DNA from: Octopus vulgaris
Taxonomy: Eukaryota
Length of the DNA: 64,000 nucleotides
Direction of reading: 5' to 3'
Assembly: GCA_951406725.2 (NCBI GenBank)
Contig: OX597819.1
Coordinates: 120,218,001 to 120,282,000 of the forward strand
Notes under the pieces: generated by a model
What the model was told of the DNA's origin: nothing
The model's database searches: none
The model's input: the letters and a program-made list of their open reading frames with translations, nothing else
Program-made: the position numbers and the translations under genes
Shown: positions 42,803 through 54,802 of the stretch, in pieces
How the letters are laid out: each line of letters starts with the position of its first letter
Position numbering within the stretch: the stretch's first letter is position 1

Positions 42803-43035
42803 AGTTATGACCAGTCATAGAGTGGCCATTAGCTTCCTACCTATAAACCGCTAAACAATAAAGGCAATTCGTCAGACTGAGATGGCTGAAGGCGCCTAAG
42901 CTTTCTACATCATACCTACACATCTGTCTAGTTGTAGGTCATGCGCCTTCAGCCATTTCCGTCTGACAAGTAGCTTTCACAGCTAAGCAGTTTATAGGTG
43001 CGAAGCTAATGGTCACTCTATTACCGGCCAAAACT
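42803..43035. mobile_element. Fold-back MITE-like element
   Basis: Imperfect ~93 bp inverted arms 42803-42895 and 42943-43035. Confidence 0.75.
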
Positions 43036-43072
43036 GCCCGAAGAAATATATTACTGGTCGAATACTTTGGAG

Positions 43073-43288
43073 CGGTGGTTCCCAAATAAGAGATTCTTTA
43101 TTCTTTTATTTGTTTCAGTCATTTGACAGCGGCCATGCTGGAGCACCGCCTTTAGTCGATAAAATCGACCCCAGGCCTTATTCTGTGTAAGCCTAGTACT
43201 TATTCCATCAGTCTCTTTTGCCGAACTACGCTAACGTTACGGAGACGTAAACACGCTAGTATTGGGTGTCAAGCGACGTTAACACAGG

Positions 43289-43343
<55 letters not shown>

Positions 43344-43798
43344 ATACACACACACACACACATTACACACATTATATATATATAAGTTAATCCAAACAAG
43401 AAAACAAAAAGACAACAACGCAAGGATGTGGAACAAATAAAGTATTATTGGACGCTCAGGAAAGAAGGGAATACACACACAAAACCGGCTTCTTTCAGTT
43501 TCCGTCTACTAAATCGACTCACAAGGCTTTGGTCGGCCCGAGGCTATTGTAGAAGACACTTGACCAAGGTGCCACGCAATGGGGACTGAACCCGGAAACA
43601 TGCAGTTGGTAAGCCTGCTACTTACCACACACAGTCACTCGTGCGCCATTAGGTTAAGTTTTATTTGTTAAATACAGTTGCTTTGAATTTGCTCCAGAAA
43701 GAGGTGTATGTTTGTGATGGTTAGTTGGGGTGGGGTGCTAGGAATGTGGCCCGGGTGCCAAGGGGGCGGCAGCCTGCAAAAAAGTTTGGGAACCACTG
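43073..43798. mobile_element. Non-autonomous hAT element carrying nested insertions
   Basis: TIRs CGGTGGTTCCCAAA / TTTGGGAACCACTG; 8 bp TSD CTTTGGAG (43065-43072) and CTTTAGAG (43799-43806). Confidence 0.8.
43094..43647 (-). mobile_element. SINE family A nested in the hAT element
   Basis: Full match; ~85 bp foreign insert at 43384-43471 within its internal microsatellite. Confidence 0.9.
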
Positions 43799-43842
43799 CT
43801 TTAGAGTATGCATGTTTTTCGGATATATTAACTACGGGTGAT

Positions 43843-43881
<39 letters not shown>

Positions 43882-44474
43882 ATTGTGTGTGTATCTGTCT
43901 GTGTGTACATACATACACACAAATATTTATGGAGGGGTGTATTTATACATATATATATAAATATATGTGCATGTGTGTATACATACACACACATATACGT
44001 GTGCGTGTGAGCGTGTGTGTGTGTGTGTGTATATATTTATACATGTATATACACATATGTGCATGTGTGTGTGAGTGTGTGTGTACACAACAGTATGCTT
44101 CACATTTCCATATGCCATATTCACTCACAAGGTATTGATTGGCCCAGGACTATAAGCAGAAGATATTTGCCCAAGGTTCCGCGCAGTGGATTTGAACCAG
44201 AAACAACATGGTTGCGAATCTAACTCTCTTCGTTTCTGTTGCTCTTCTTTTTCTTTTCTTTTCCCTTCTTTTTTTTTTCTACCACAATAACAAGTCAACT
44301 GTAACTCTCTCTCTCTCCCTCTCTCTCCCCCCTCTCCACCCTTTCTCTCTCTGAATTACTTAGTTCTTTCCTGACAATCACTTCTACTCGAATCTATTAA
44401 GGATGCTCGCTTTTCCTTCTTTCATTGTCTATGATTCAATTATGATTCATTTGCACACAACCATCACTAGATAC

Positions 44475-44763
44475 AGTGTTGTTCCTTCTCGAGCCATGCC
44501 TGGCTCATAAGGGCTGGTTTCCCGGTTTCTTTGGCGTACAGGTTCCCCACCTGGACGGGACGCCGGTCCGTCACTGGTGAGCTGCAAGATGCAGGAGGAA
44601 AGAGTGAGAAAAAGTTGTGGCGAAAGCGTCAGCAGAAGTTTCGCCATTACCTTCTGCCGGAGCCGCGCGGAGCTTAGGTGTTTCGCTCATAAACAAACAC
44701 ATCGCCCGGTCTGAGATTCGAACCCGCGATCCGCTGCTCTAACCACTAGGCCATGTGCCTCCA
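44475..44763 (-). mobile_element. SINE related to family C (tail type 3)
   Basis: Head GGAGGCACATGGCCTAGTGGTTAGAGCAGCGG; tail shares CTGGACGGGACGCC with 51329. Confidence 0.85.
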
Positions 44764-44923
44764 CTCAACGATCACTACATACAGTGTACACACATGTATG
44801 CGTGCGTGTGTGTGTACGTGCAATCTGTGTGCGCGGGAGAATAAATTTGCACTCGGAGGTTTAAGTCTCACAACAGAACGCACAGCGTTTGTTTCAGTAC
44901 ATTTTATGTATTCTCTTTCATTG

Positions 44924-45308
44924 TCTTTTACTTGTTTCAGTCATTTGACTGCGGCCATGCTGGAGCACCGCCTTTAGTCGAGCAAATCGACCCCCCAGGA
45001 CTTATTCTTTGTAAGCTTAGTACTTATTCTATCGGTCTCTTTTGCCGAACCGCTAAGTTACAGGGACGTAAACACACCACCACCCATTGTCAAGCGATGT
45101 TGGGGGAACAAACACAGACACACATATATATATATACATATATACGACGAGCTTCTTTCAGTTTCCGTCTATCAAATACACTCACAAGGTTTTGGTCGGC
45201 CCGAGGCTTTAGTAGAAGACACTTGCCCAAGATGCTACGCAGTGGGACTGAACCCGAAACCATGTGGTTGGGAAGCAAGCTACGTATCACACAGCCACTC
45301 CTATGCGC
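44924..45308 (-). mobile_element. SINE family A
   Basis: Full match. Confidence 0.92.
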
Positions 45309-45606
45309 GTTCATATATATTTCCTATGTATATAAGGTTGTGTGCATCTGCCCACCCAGGTGAAATGCTTTACAAAAATTTAGTTCTTTTCATCGATTTT
45401 ATCTGGATGAGTGTGAATCAGTCCACTCGTGCTCTTTTTGATAGAATCCAAGCATTTCTCGGTTTCTATGCAACTCTGTTGTTACGTAACCTACCGTATC
45501 TATGATAATAGGGGCATAAGAACATATGTAACCCGGATATTAGTGCTGTGGGTTTCTCATTACTTCTCCACAAATGTTCTATTTTTTCTTTCAATATATC
45601 TATATA

Positions 45607-45946
45607 CAAGCTGTTTGACCCGGCGTTGCTCGTGTTTTCCGTGTTGAAGTTAAGCCCACCTCTGACCTTGTGTTGAAATCTTCTACGTTCCCCGTGTCAA
45701 CTATTACCAATTAAGAAGGAAAAATAACATCGTTATGGGAATTTCCATTCAAACGTCCGATTGAGCTCACAAAAATCGATGCCAACTGAGCATTATCGAG
45801 TTTTCGAAAAATTTCGGCATTATTTGAACTTCGGGGCATGTGATCTACATATGTGTCAAAAATCATTAAAATCTCCTGGACGGTATGGAAGGAGTTAGAG
45901 TAACCCTAAACACATACACAGATTTCAAAATTATCAACAGAGGAGA
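45607..45946 (-). mobile_element. Decayed non-autonomous Helitron
   Basis: Minus strand A|TC start; GAGCAACGCCGGGT hairpin and CTTG|T (CTAG variant) end. Confidence 0.6.
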
Positions 45947-46527
45947 TGTGTATGCATGTTTATGCATATACAAGTATTTGGAGTTAGTGCTCATGCAGTT
46001 CTTTATATATTGTTTTATGTATATACATTCATACATATATTTGCCTGTCTAGACATATGCACATGTATAAAATTCGCTGCTCTACTAAGCCGGCTATCTT
46101 GCCCTTTGCTGGTTTTCAGGATTCTTGATATTGCTAGTGCGAGCCACTGTGGTGTCGTGCAAGACGCACGTGACTTAAAAGCCTTGCACGAGTAACGCTG
46201 ACACCTCTGTCAACGATGGTCACGCTCGTCTAACAAGGAGACAGTATATTTGAATCTATGCATTTATGTATGTACGTATGTATGTATGTATGTATGTATG
46301 TATGTATGTATGTATGTATGTATGTATGTATGTATGTATGCATGCATGTATGTATGTATGTATGTATGTATGTATGTCGCTTCTATTTTTCAATTATTAT
46401 AACCCTTCCACAAGAAGGGAGCCAGTTTCCAACAGAGATACAAGGTAATACAGTTCTATATTTAAGAGATGAGTAATTATGTACATTATTTACATTTTAC
46501 GGATATTTGTCCTCATCTTGTTTGTTG

Positions 46528-46597
<70 letters not shown>

Positions 46598-46645
46598 AGT
46601 GAATTGAAGAAATGGAGCTGAACGAAGATTGAACAGAAATCGTTT

Positions 46646-46738
46646 TATTTCATTCTACACGTGTTTCGAAAGGCACAATTTACCAAAATCCGATTGAATA
46701 ATGAGACCATATTGTGTCTTTCTCTTCAGGAAGAAATA
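46646..46738 (-). ncRNA. Minimal type I hammerhead ribozyme motif (CUGAAGA core)
   Basis: Reverse-complement copy of 47182-47274, differing at variable position N7. Confidence 0.82.
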
Positions 46739-47181
46739 GGAAATCCGTTGGAAAACAAAAACAGAACAGAGGCGGAGCAAATCGAACTAGGCTCCTAAGA
46801 GCCCATGGCCAAACTGTTTTCTACCCCTTGACGGAGCTCTCAGCAGTGACCAGAAAATAGCGCTTCTTACCAACTTGCGCCAGCACACATATATAGAACA
46901 GTAAACACACACATGTCTCTAAGTAGATTTTGTCTCGCCCCATATAATACATCCAATATTCTTTAAATAGTCAGAACTTTACTCTCGGTCACAAAGAACA
47001 TCTACACACCCCGTGCCCTCACCCACAGGAATGACCGCTGCCTGACCCGTTAAAATCTTCAACGCACCCACCACCCGTTCTCAACATACACTGATAAACA
47101 GTTTGGCCATGGGCTCTTAGGAGCCTAGTTCGATTTGTTTTGCTCCGCCTCTGTTCTGTTTTTGTTTTCCAACGGATTTCC

Positions 47182-47274
47182 TATTTCTTCCTGATGAGAA
47201 AGACACAATATGGTCTCATTATTCAATCGGATTTTGGTAAATTGTGCCTTTCGAAACACGTGTAGAATGAAATA
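47182..47274 (+). ncRNA. Minimal type I hammerhead ribozyme motif (CUGAUGA core)
   Basis: Stem I UAUUUCUUC/GAAUGAAAUA; CUGAUGA 47191-47197; stem II GAAAGACACAAU/AUUGUGCCUUUC; GAAA 47253-47256; C-ACGU-GUA, predicted cut after 47264. Confidence 0.85.
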
Positions 47275-47498
47275 AAACGATTTCTGTTCAATCTTCGTTC
47301 AGCTCCATTTCTTCAATTCACTAATAATATTAAAATTCAATTATCCGCACCAACGCACGGTTACAACACCATATGGTTGTACCTCCAACCGTGCTGTCTT
47401 CTGCTGTGATTTTTGCTACCAAGGTATCGGTTAAACTTTTGATTAATCTGCTACAAGATTATTCATCTTTCTATTTCACATTATATATATATATATAT

Positions 47499-47537
<39 letters not shown>

Positions 47538-47546
47538 TATATATAT

Positions 47547-47688
<142 letters not shown>

Positions 47689-47707
47689 CTTTTATCTTTA
47701 TGCCAAA

Positions 47708-47769
47708 GGCGTATGGCGTAGTGGTGAAGAGTGCGGGCTACTGATTCCGAGTTCGATTCCAGGCAATGA

Positions 47770-47805
<36 letters not shown>

Positions 47806-47986
47806 CAACAAAAATAATAACAACAACAACAACAACAAAAATAATAATAATAATAACAACAACAACAACATCGAAAAATACCTTAGGAATGAGAAACCAG
47901 GTTTGGAATTTCTCTGGAGGGTATAACAACAAACAATCTGAGGGCAAATATCCGTCAAATGTAAATAATGTAAATAATGTAAATAA
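47708..47986 (+). mobile_element. tRNA-derived SINE family F with internal (AAT/AAC)n and (ATGTAAATA)n tail
   Basis: A box TGGCGTAGTGG, B box GAGTTCGATTCC; a related tail fragment lies on the minus strand at ~46450-46528. Confidence 0.8.
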
Positions 47987-48019
47987 AGATACAAGGGTCT
48001 ATCTTTGGATGTAGTTAAC

Positions 48020-48327
48020 AGATAAATTCACATTTGGAACTTGAGAAAAGTCTTGCATATTTTTACTATTCCACTCACAGATTGCACTTGTAATGTATGA
48101 ATCAACCGGTCGATTTCTCTTTCTGTAAATCCCAGTTTATCCAGATTCTCTTTTAATCATTTCCTAACAAAACCTAGGGCTCCAGTTATTATGAATATGA
48201 ATTCATAGTCCGGATAGAGAAGCTGGAGGTTTCAAAGAGATATTTATATCTGCAGGGCAGCTGACCTCTATGATTGCCCCTCTGTCATAAGCAACAATAT
48301 CCAGCCTGTTATGTTTACATTTGACAT
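48020..48327 (-). pseudogene. RLE-endonuclease LINE C-terminal fragment (R4/Dong-like)
   Basis: CKHNRLDIVAYD...IIEVSCPADI...LQLLYPDYEF...IITGALG. Confidence 0.75.
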
Positions 48328-48362
48328 ATGTATATATGTATGTATGTATGTATGTTATGTCA

Positions 48363-48440
48363 GGTCACTTTCGATTGCTACTGGTAACATGTAACCCAAT
48401 ACAACCTGTTGCATGGTCGGGTCGTCGGAGACTAAACTGG
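48363..48440 (+). ncRNA. Degenerate HDV-like ribozyme motif
   Basis: P1 GGUCAC/AUGGUC, P2 CCAAU/ACUGG, P3 ACA/UGC, L3 ACCUGU, P1.1 GG 48419-48420, J4/2 C(48432)UAA. Confidence 0.55.
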
Positions 48441-48912
48441 CAACCCCACCAAGCTTGCTTGGCGACGAGGGTGTTTATTGGACACCTTGCGGGATGAAAA
48501 ACAAAACCCGTCAAAATGCGGAGGAACTCTTGAGAGTCAACGGCCATCCAATAAATATCTTAAGGCTGTATCATGCGCGGGGACATAGAAATAATTGGAC
48601 TGAATACCCGATCGCGCGGTTAAACCATTGGGAGTGAAGGACTCTAGCCTTTGTTAGGGCATCCTTCTAGGAGAAGGTAACTCAGGTAACTGGGATAACT
48701 CCAACATAAAACCTGCAGCTCAGTGGTTACCGATGATGTTGACTTGTTCTTCTTTTCGGATTATGGCTGCTGTTGCTTAGTGAGTGGGATTGACTCTGTA
48801 CACAGCTTTTCCTCACTTTAAAAAAAATCTTCTTGTACAGGCATTGCACGATAACAACATAGATTAAGCTTCGTGCAATGGCCATACTCGATAACAAAGG
48901 GGCAGCCACCAT
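48363..48912 (+). mobile_element. Non-coding RTE-derived element (RTE 5' UTR-like), flanked by (TATG)n
   Basis: RTE 5' UTR-type motif GGGCATCCTTCTAGGAGAAGGTAACTC; multiple hairpins; HDV-like fold at its first bases. Confidence 0.6.
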
Positions 48913-49425
48913 GCATGCATGCATGTATGTATGTATGTATGTATGTATGTATGTATGTATGTATGTATGTATGCATGTATGTATGTATGTATGTATGTAT
49001 GTATGTATGTATGTATGTATGCATGCATGGATGGATGAATAGATGGACGGTTGCTTATCTGTATGTATATTGCGGTTAACATGCCTCTCTCACGAGATCA
49101 CTAGTTGGATCCTTTTCAACATTCGATTGGCTGGCAAATCTTTTGATCTCATATCAGACATTGAAACTAAAACAATGTTATCTTAACCGAATAATATTAG
49201 TCATTCAAGTACACCTATATACTGTTATATTCCCTTCTGTTTTATTATCGTTTCCTTCGAATCTCACACACTGGTTTCGAATTTTGGCACAGGGCAAACA
49301 ATTTCGAGGGTGCAGGGCCAATTACTTACATCAATTTCAGTGCTCAACTGGTACTTATTTTATCGTGTGTGAAAAGCAAAGAGAATATCAGTGACATTTG
49401 AAATCTTACAAGTATTATTATATTA

Positions 49426-49803
49426 CTATCACTGTGACCCTGCAACGCCGGGTCATAGTACTAGTGCATGCATATACAGCTGCGTGTGTGCGCACATATA
49501 CGCGAGCGCTGTCCGAATCTCCGACCATTCACATACAGCTAGCTGGCATTCAATTGGCGTATCAAGTTTCGGGCATTTTGATTGGGTTTTGGATAGAAAA
49601 TTCACAAAAAAGTCAATTCTATTGATTTTTTAATGGCTTTGCGGGGTGACTGAGGAAATGTAAAGATGTGCACAACCACCCTTGGATGGTTTTGAATGAC
49701 CATAGAAAGTGCGAGCCCTATAACTGAAAAATTATGGATGTGTATAAAGGACACGCACACACACACACATACACACACATTTTGCCGTTTATATATAGAG
49801 AGA
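49426..49803 (-). mobile_element. Non-autonomous Helitron, copy 1
   Basis: Minus A|TC start, terminal palindrome; highly similar to 62577-62944. Confidence 0.8.
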
Positions 49804-49817
49804 TTACGTATGAAAAA

Positions 49818-50280
49818 GGCGGCAACATGGCAGAAACGTTAGCACGCCGGGCAAAATGCTTAGCGGCATTTCGTGTCTTTACGTTCTGAGTTCAAATTCT
49901 GCGGAGATCCACTTAGCCTTTCATCCTTTCTGGGTAGATTAAATAAGTACCAGTTACGCACTGGGGTCGATATAATCGACTTAGTCTGTTTGTCTATCAT
50001 TGTTTGTCCTCTCTGTGTTTAGCCCCGTATGGGTAGTAAAGAAATAGGTATTTCGTCTGTCTTTACGTTGTGGGTTCAAATTCCGCCTAGGTCAACTTTG
50101 CCTTTCATCCTTTCGGGGTCGATAAATTAAGTACTATTTGCGTACTGGGAAAATTCTTTGCGGCATTTTTTCCGCCTTCACGTTCTGAGCGTATATTCTG
50201 CCGCCGTCGACTTTGTCTTTCATCTTTTGGATTAGATCGACCCCAGTTGAACACACTGGAGCCGATGTAACCGGCTAGTC
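49818..50280 (+). mobile_element. SINE family B tandem multimer
   Basis: Three successive body units; junction GAAATAGGTATTTCGTC at 50041. Confidence 0.88.
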
Positions 50281-50675
50281 TTCTCTATCAGAGTGTCAGG
50301 CCTTTCTATTATAATGGAAAGAGTTGTTAATATTATTACTGAGTGAGATAACAGCACACCTCAACAAAGCGGCACTGAGGTACAAATATAGAAAGCCCAT
50401 CATAACCACCTTTCTGATGAGTGTACCCAGGCATATGCATCACAACCATATGTGCGTGACATGGTGACCTTATATCAAAATAAGCAGCGCTGGACCTTGC
50501 AGGTGGGGCACAGCTTGAATTTTCTTCAGGTTGAGTAGACAATCCCGCTAAAAAGGCCCCTGAATAATGTTCATTATAATTTGACTTCACTCAGGTTTGG
50601 TCTTATCACTAGTAGAATTTATGTGGATAGTGGGCTACTACCTGTAACCTTAGATATCTACATGATTTCAATAAA

Positions 50676-50916
50676 CCTATTTCTTTACAACCCACAAGGG
50701 GCTAAACACAGAGAGGACAAACAAGAACAGACAAACGGATTATGTCGATTATATCGACTCCAGTGCATAACTGGTACTTAATTTATCGACCCCCCCTCCC
50801 CGAAAGGATGAAAGGCAAATTCGACCTCAGCAGATTTTGAACTTAGAACGTAACGGCAGACGAAATACGGCTACGCATTTCGCCCGGCGTGCTAACGTTT
50901 CTGCCAGCTCGCCGCC
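50676..50916 (-). mobile_element. SINE family B with 15 bp TSD
   Basis: TGATTTCAATAAACC at 50663-50677 and 50917-50931. Confidence 0.93.
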
Positions 50917-50934
50917 TGATTTCAATAAACCATC

Positions 50935-52240
50935 AAGTGATCAAATCTCTTCTGACGATCTTTCCTGTTCCCAAGAAGTAAACGTTCCGTAGAAGCTCTA
51001 CAGAACATTCCATGCCATTCTCCTTTATCTGTTTGTCACCACTCACAGTTCCTACTGCTTCAATTACCACAGGAACAGCCTTTACAGACAGTGTTCCAAA
51101 TTATCGCAATATCAAATTTTAAGATGTAGTATATATTTTAACTTTACATCTGCCTTCTTCAGCCGAGGAATCATATGAACATCATAGTGCAATGAGTAAG
51201 CCAATTTAGATTTTCCTTGTCTATTATTGTAATATCTGACTTATGTTCTCTCTATCCGTTTGAATTGGAAAATCCCACAAAAGTCTTGCACGTGGAAAGT
51301 ACTCTTTCCACCAGATAATGTACAATGTCGTTTTTTTTTCATGCGCCCTTTTCAAGCCTAGCCAGTCTCATGGGCCCGGGTTCCTGGTTTCTGTGGAGTA
51401 TATGCTCCCCACAGCTGGACGGGACGCCAGTCCATCGCAGCGTTACCAAAGAAACAGGAAGAATGATTGAGAGAAAGTTGGGGCGAAAGAGTACAATAGG
51501 GGTCGCCACCACCCACTGCCGGAGCCTCGTGAAGCTTTAGGCGTTTTCGCTCAATAAACACACACAACGCCCGGTTTGGGAATCGAAACCGTGATACTCC
51601 GACCGCGAGTCCGCTGCCTTAACTACTGGGCCATTGCGCCTCCACAATGTACAACGTACTTCCTACCAAGTACTTGAAATCTTCGTTTCTGATAAAGCTT
51701 CCAATATAAAACTTCCACAACTTGATCATGCCTCCATTTCTTATATTCCCCCTGCTCCAACATGGGACATTCTGCAACAGAGTGTGCCATTGTTTAACCC
51801 TAAATTACTCGTACTCTACATTTTACCGGCACCTTCTTCCCATTCACAAATTTTCCCAAGTTGTTTCTTTGCAACATTTGGTGTAGAGCTGCTATAAAAA
51901 AAGCTCTCTGATTCTTTTTCTTAATTTGCCCCTTTTTTCAACCAAGTCCAAGATTGTGTTCCAGATACATCCTCAGTGGCTTTCCAAAACTATCCATGCA
52001 AAGGTTCATCAGTTTGCTTAACATGTTCTCTTTGAGTTTCATTCTTATCTTTCTCTCATTTCCCAGTCTTGATTTCTCGTTCTTTATCCACTGCCTTTAG
52101 TGTCCTTTCTATGTTGTTCTGTAAATAATCTAGTAAGCTATTTCGTTCTATCTGCACACACTCTTCCACGGCAAATAAGCCTCTTCCACACTGGTCTCCC
52201 TTCAGGTACAACCACTTAATACCAACTTTCACAGGCAGCG
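50935..52240 (-). pseudogene. Decayed R4/Dong-type LINE (RT thumb, zinc knuckle, RLE), interrupted by a SINE
   Basis: LYLKGDQCGRGLFAVEECV; TMAHSVAECPMLEQGEYKKWRHDQVVEVLYWKL; LLWDFPIQTDRE. Confidence 0.85.
51329..51645 (-). mobile_element. SINE family C (tail type 3) with TSD
   Basis: TSD AATGTACAA(T/C)GT at 51317-51328 and 51646-51657. Confidence 0.9.
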
Positions 52241-52324
52241 TAAAACGGCTTTAAATGCCATTTTTTCATAAAACATTATCAAAGCAGTAAAATAAAAAAC
52301 AAAAATAATCAATTAATGTTCATA

Positions 52325-52486
52325 GGCGTAGGAGTGGCAGTGTGGTAAGTAGCTTGTTTACGAACCACATGATTCTGGGTTCAGTTCCACTGCGTGGCAC
52401 CTTGGGCAAGTGTCTTCTACTATAGCCTCGGGCCGACCAAAGCCTTGTGAGTGGATTTGGTAGACGGAAACTGAAAGAAGCCCGTC

Positions 52487-52568
<82 letters not shown>

Positions 52569-52780
52569 ATGTTTGTGTGTCTGTGTTTGCACCCCCAACA
52601 TCGCTTGACAACCGATGCTGGTGTTTACGTCCCCGTAACTTAGCCGTTCGGCAAAAGAGACCGATAGAATAAGTACTAGGCTTACATAGAATAAGTCCTG
52701 GAATCGATTTGCTCCACTAAAGGTGGTGCTCCAGCATGGCCACAGTGAAATGACTGAAGTAAGTAAAAGTATAAAAGAGT
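52325..52780 (+). mobile_element. SINE family A, full length
   Basis: GGCGTAGGAGTGGCAGTGTGG head to GTAAAAG tail. Confidence 0.93.
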
Positions 52781-53679
52781 ATATGTTATATGAGAAAGTT
52801 CAGAATAAACAATTCAACAACGTTGTACGAATCGTTTGAATTTAATGATATAACATGATGGTACAAGAAACCAAGTCAGCAACGAAAATTCGAAGGAACT
52901 TTTGGCCCAGCCTTGTGTATATAAACGCACCTGAACCCGAAGTCACAAATGCTGGGATTGAGAGTTTCATAAGTTTTTATCGGCCAGGCATACTTGAGAA
53001 GTTCTCATTATTTTAATATCTGATTTTTTATCGAAAGGTAAGTGAAGTAAAGTGAGTGATGATGATGACCGAGTCAATAAATGTAACGAAAGGTCAAGAG
53101 TTCACATGCTCTCAAAGGCACTGTTTTTTGTTGTTTTTTTTTTTTTTTTTTTTTGTTTTTACGGGCAATGTATCTAATTATTGATGGCCGAAATTCACTT
53201 AAATCAAATCAGGTAATAAAAGTGGGTCAATTTCACTCTTACCTGTATAAAGAAAAAATACAATTTTTTTTTTTGTTGTTTTATCTTTTACTTGCTTCAG
53301 TCATTAGACTGCGGTCATACTGGGGCACCACCTTGAGGGATTTTTGTCGAATGAATCGACCCTGGCTCTTTTGTTATTTAAAGCCTGGCATTTTTCTATT
53401 GTTACGGGGGCTTAAACACACCAACACCGGTTGTCAAATGGTGTGGGATACAAATACACACTCACGTGTGTGTGTGTTCAATGTTTATAAAGGTATTGTT
53501 GATTGAAATACATTTCATTTTCAGAATTTATTAGGATCTACAAATAGAATAAAAGAAATCATCATCATCAACATCATCATTATCACCATCAATATCATCA
53601 TCATCATAATTATTAGTTTTATTATTATTGTGTATATAATGGATGGATGGATGGATGAGTGGATAGATGCATACGTAAT

Positions 53680-54345
53680 AATCGTTTCTACTCTAGGCAC
53701 CCCAGTACAAAAGTGGTACTTAATTTATCGATCCCGAAAGAATGAAAGGCAAAGTCGACCTCGGCGGAATTTGAACTCAGAACATAAGACAGACGAAATA
53801 CCTATTTCTTTATTACCCACAATGGGCTAAACATAGAGGGGACAAACAAGGACAGACATAGGTATTAAGTCGATTTCATCGACCCCAGTGCGTAACTGGT
53901 ACTTTTTTAATTGACCCCGAAAGGATGAAAGGCAAAGTCGACCTCGGCGGAATTTGAACTCACAACGTAACGGCAGACGAAATACCGCTAAGCATTTCAC
54001 AGGGCGTGCTAACGTTTCTGCCAGCTCGCACCTTAAAATATTCTTTTCTACTCTAGGCACAAGGCCCAAAATTTGTACACCAGCTCCTGGTTCAAGAGAA
54101 CCTTTAGCAGAATTTAATACGTCGCAAGTATTTCATGCGGTGAGCTGGCAGGGGCGTTAGCACACCGGACGAAAGGCTTAACGGCATTTCGTCCGTCTTT
54201 AAATTCTGAGTTCAAATTCCGCAGAGTTCGACTTTGCCTTTCATCCTTTCGGGGTCGATAAAATAAGTACCAGTTGCATACTGGGCTCGATGTAATCGAC
54301 TTATCCCCCCTACCCAGACCTACAAGCCTCGTGCCCAAAATTTGA
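53680..54345. mobile_element. SINE family B cluster (minus dimer to ~54032, plus copy from ~54140)
   Basis: Repeated Meta-like domain on both strands. Confidence 0.88.
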
Positions 54346-54802
54346 AGCCAATATATTGCAAACATTCCGGTCAAGTCTTCGAGTAGAGGATAATTCCTGT
54401 CGAATACCCCATCCACGATCGGTAAGGGTGGTCTACCCCGGGCAGCACTTTTAATGGGGCACTACTTTGGGGCCTGCTGTAGACAATATGTGCTTTTTGT
54501 GGGGTCCGGGGCCTGCACACACTCTAGCTGGTGGCCCCATCCACTGGGCTCAGAGACCCTGAAAAGATAAAGAGCCAAGGGCATATATATGGATGATTCG
54601 ATACCCGATTAAGTGAACAATGTCATTTTAACTGGGTCAAAGGCGATAGCATACAAGACAAGGAATACAAGGTCGCTTGTGTGATAAAGAAAGCAGAAAG
54701 CTTGGTAATTCCTCGTACACGAGCATGGAGGCATGAAACACGCGTGCTATATATAAAGTGCGCGCGCGCGTTTGAGTGTATATGTGTCCGTGTGTGTGTG
54801 TC

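Larger units (their letters stand above)
46591..47482 (+). mobile_element. Penelope-like element remnant with inverted pseudo-LTR, inserted in (TA)n
   Basis: Near-identical inverted arms 46591-46819 and 47096-47330, each with a hammerhead; bounded by (TA)n on both sides. Confidence 0.8.

Noticed and set aside
39800-46070. ~60 bp inverted similarity between ~39815-39865 and ~46010-46058
   Set aside because: Short and embedded in TA/CATA-rich sequence; cannot be separated from low-complexity chance by eye.
50405-50440. CTGATGAG motif
   Set aside because: No correctly placed GAAA or stems; probably lies within another dispersed repeat.
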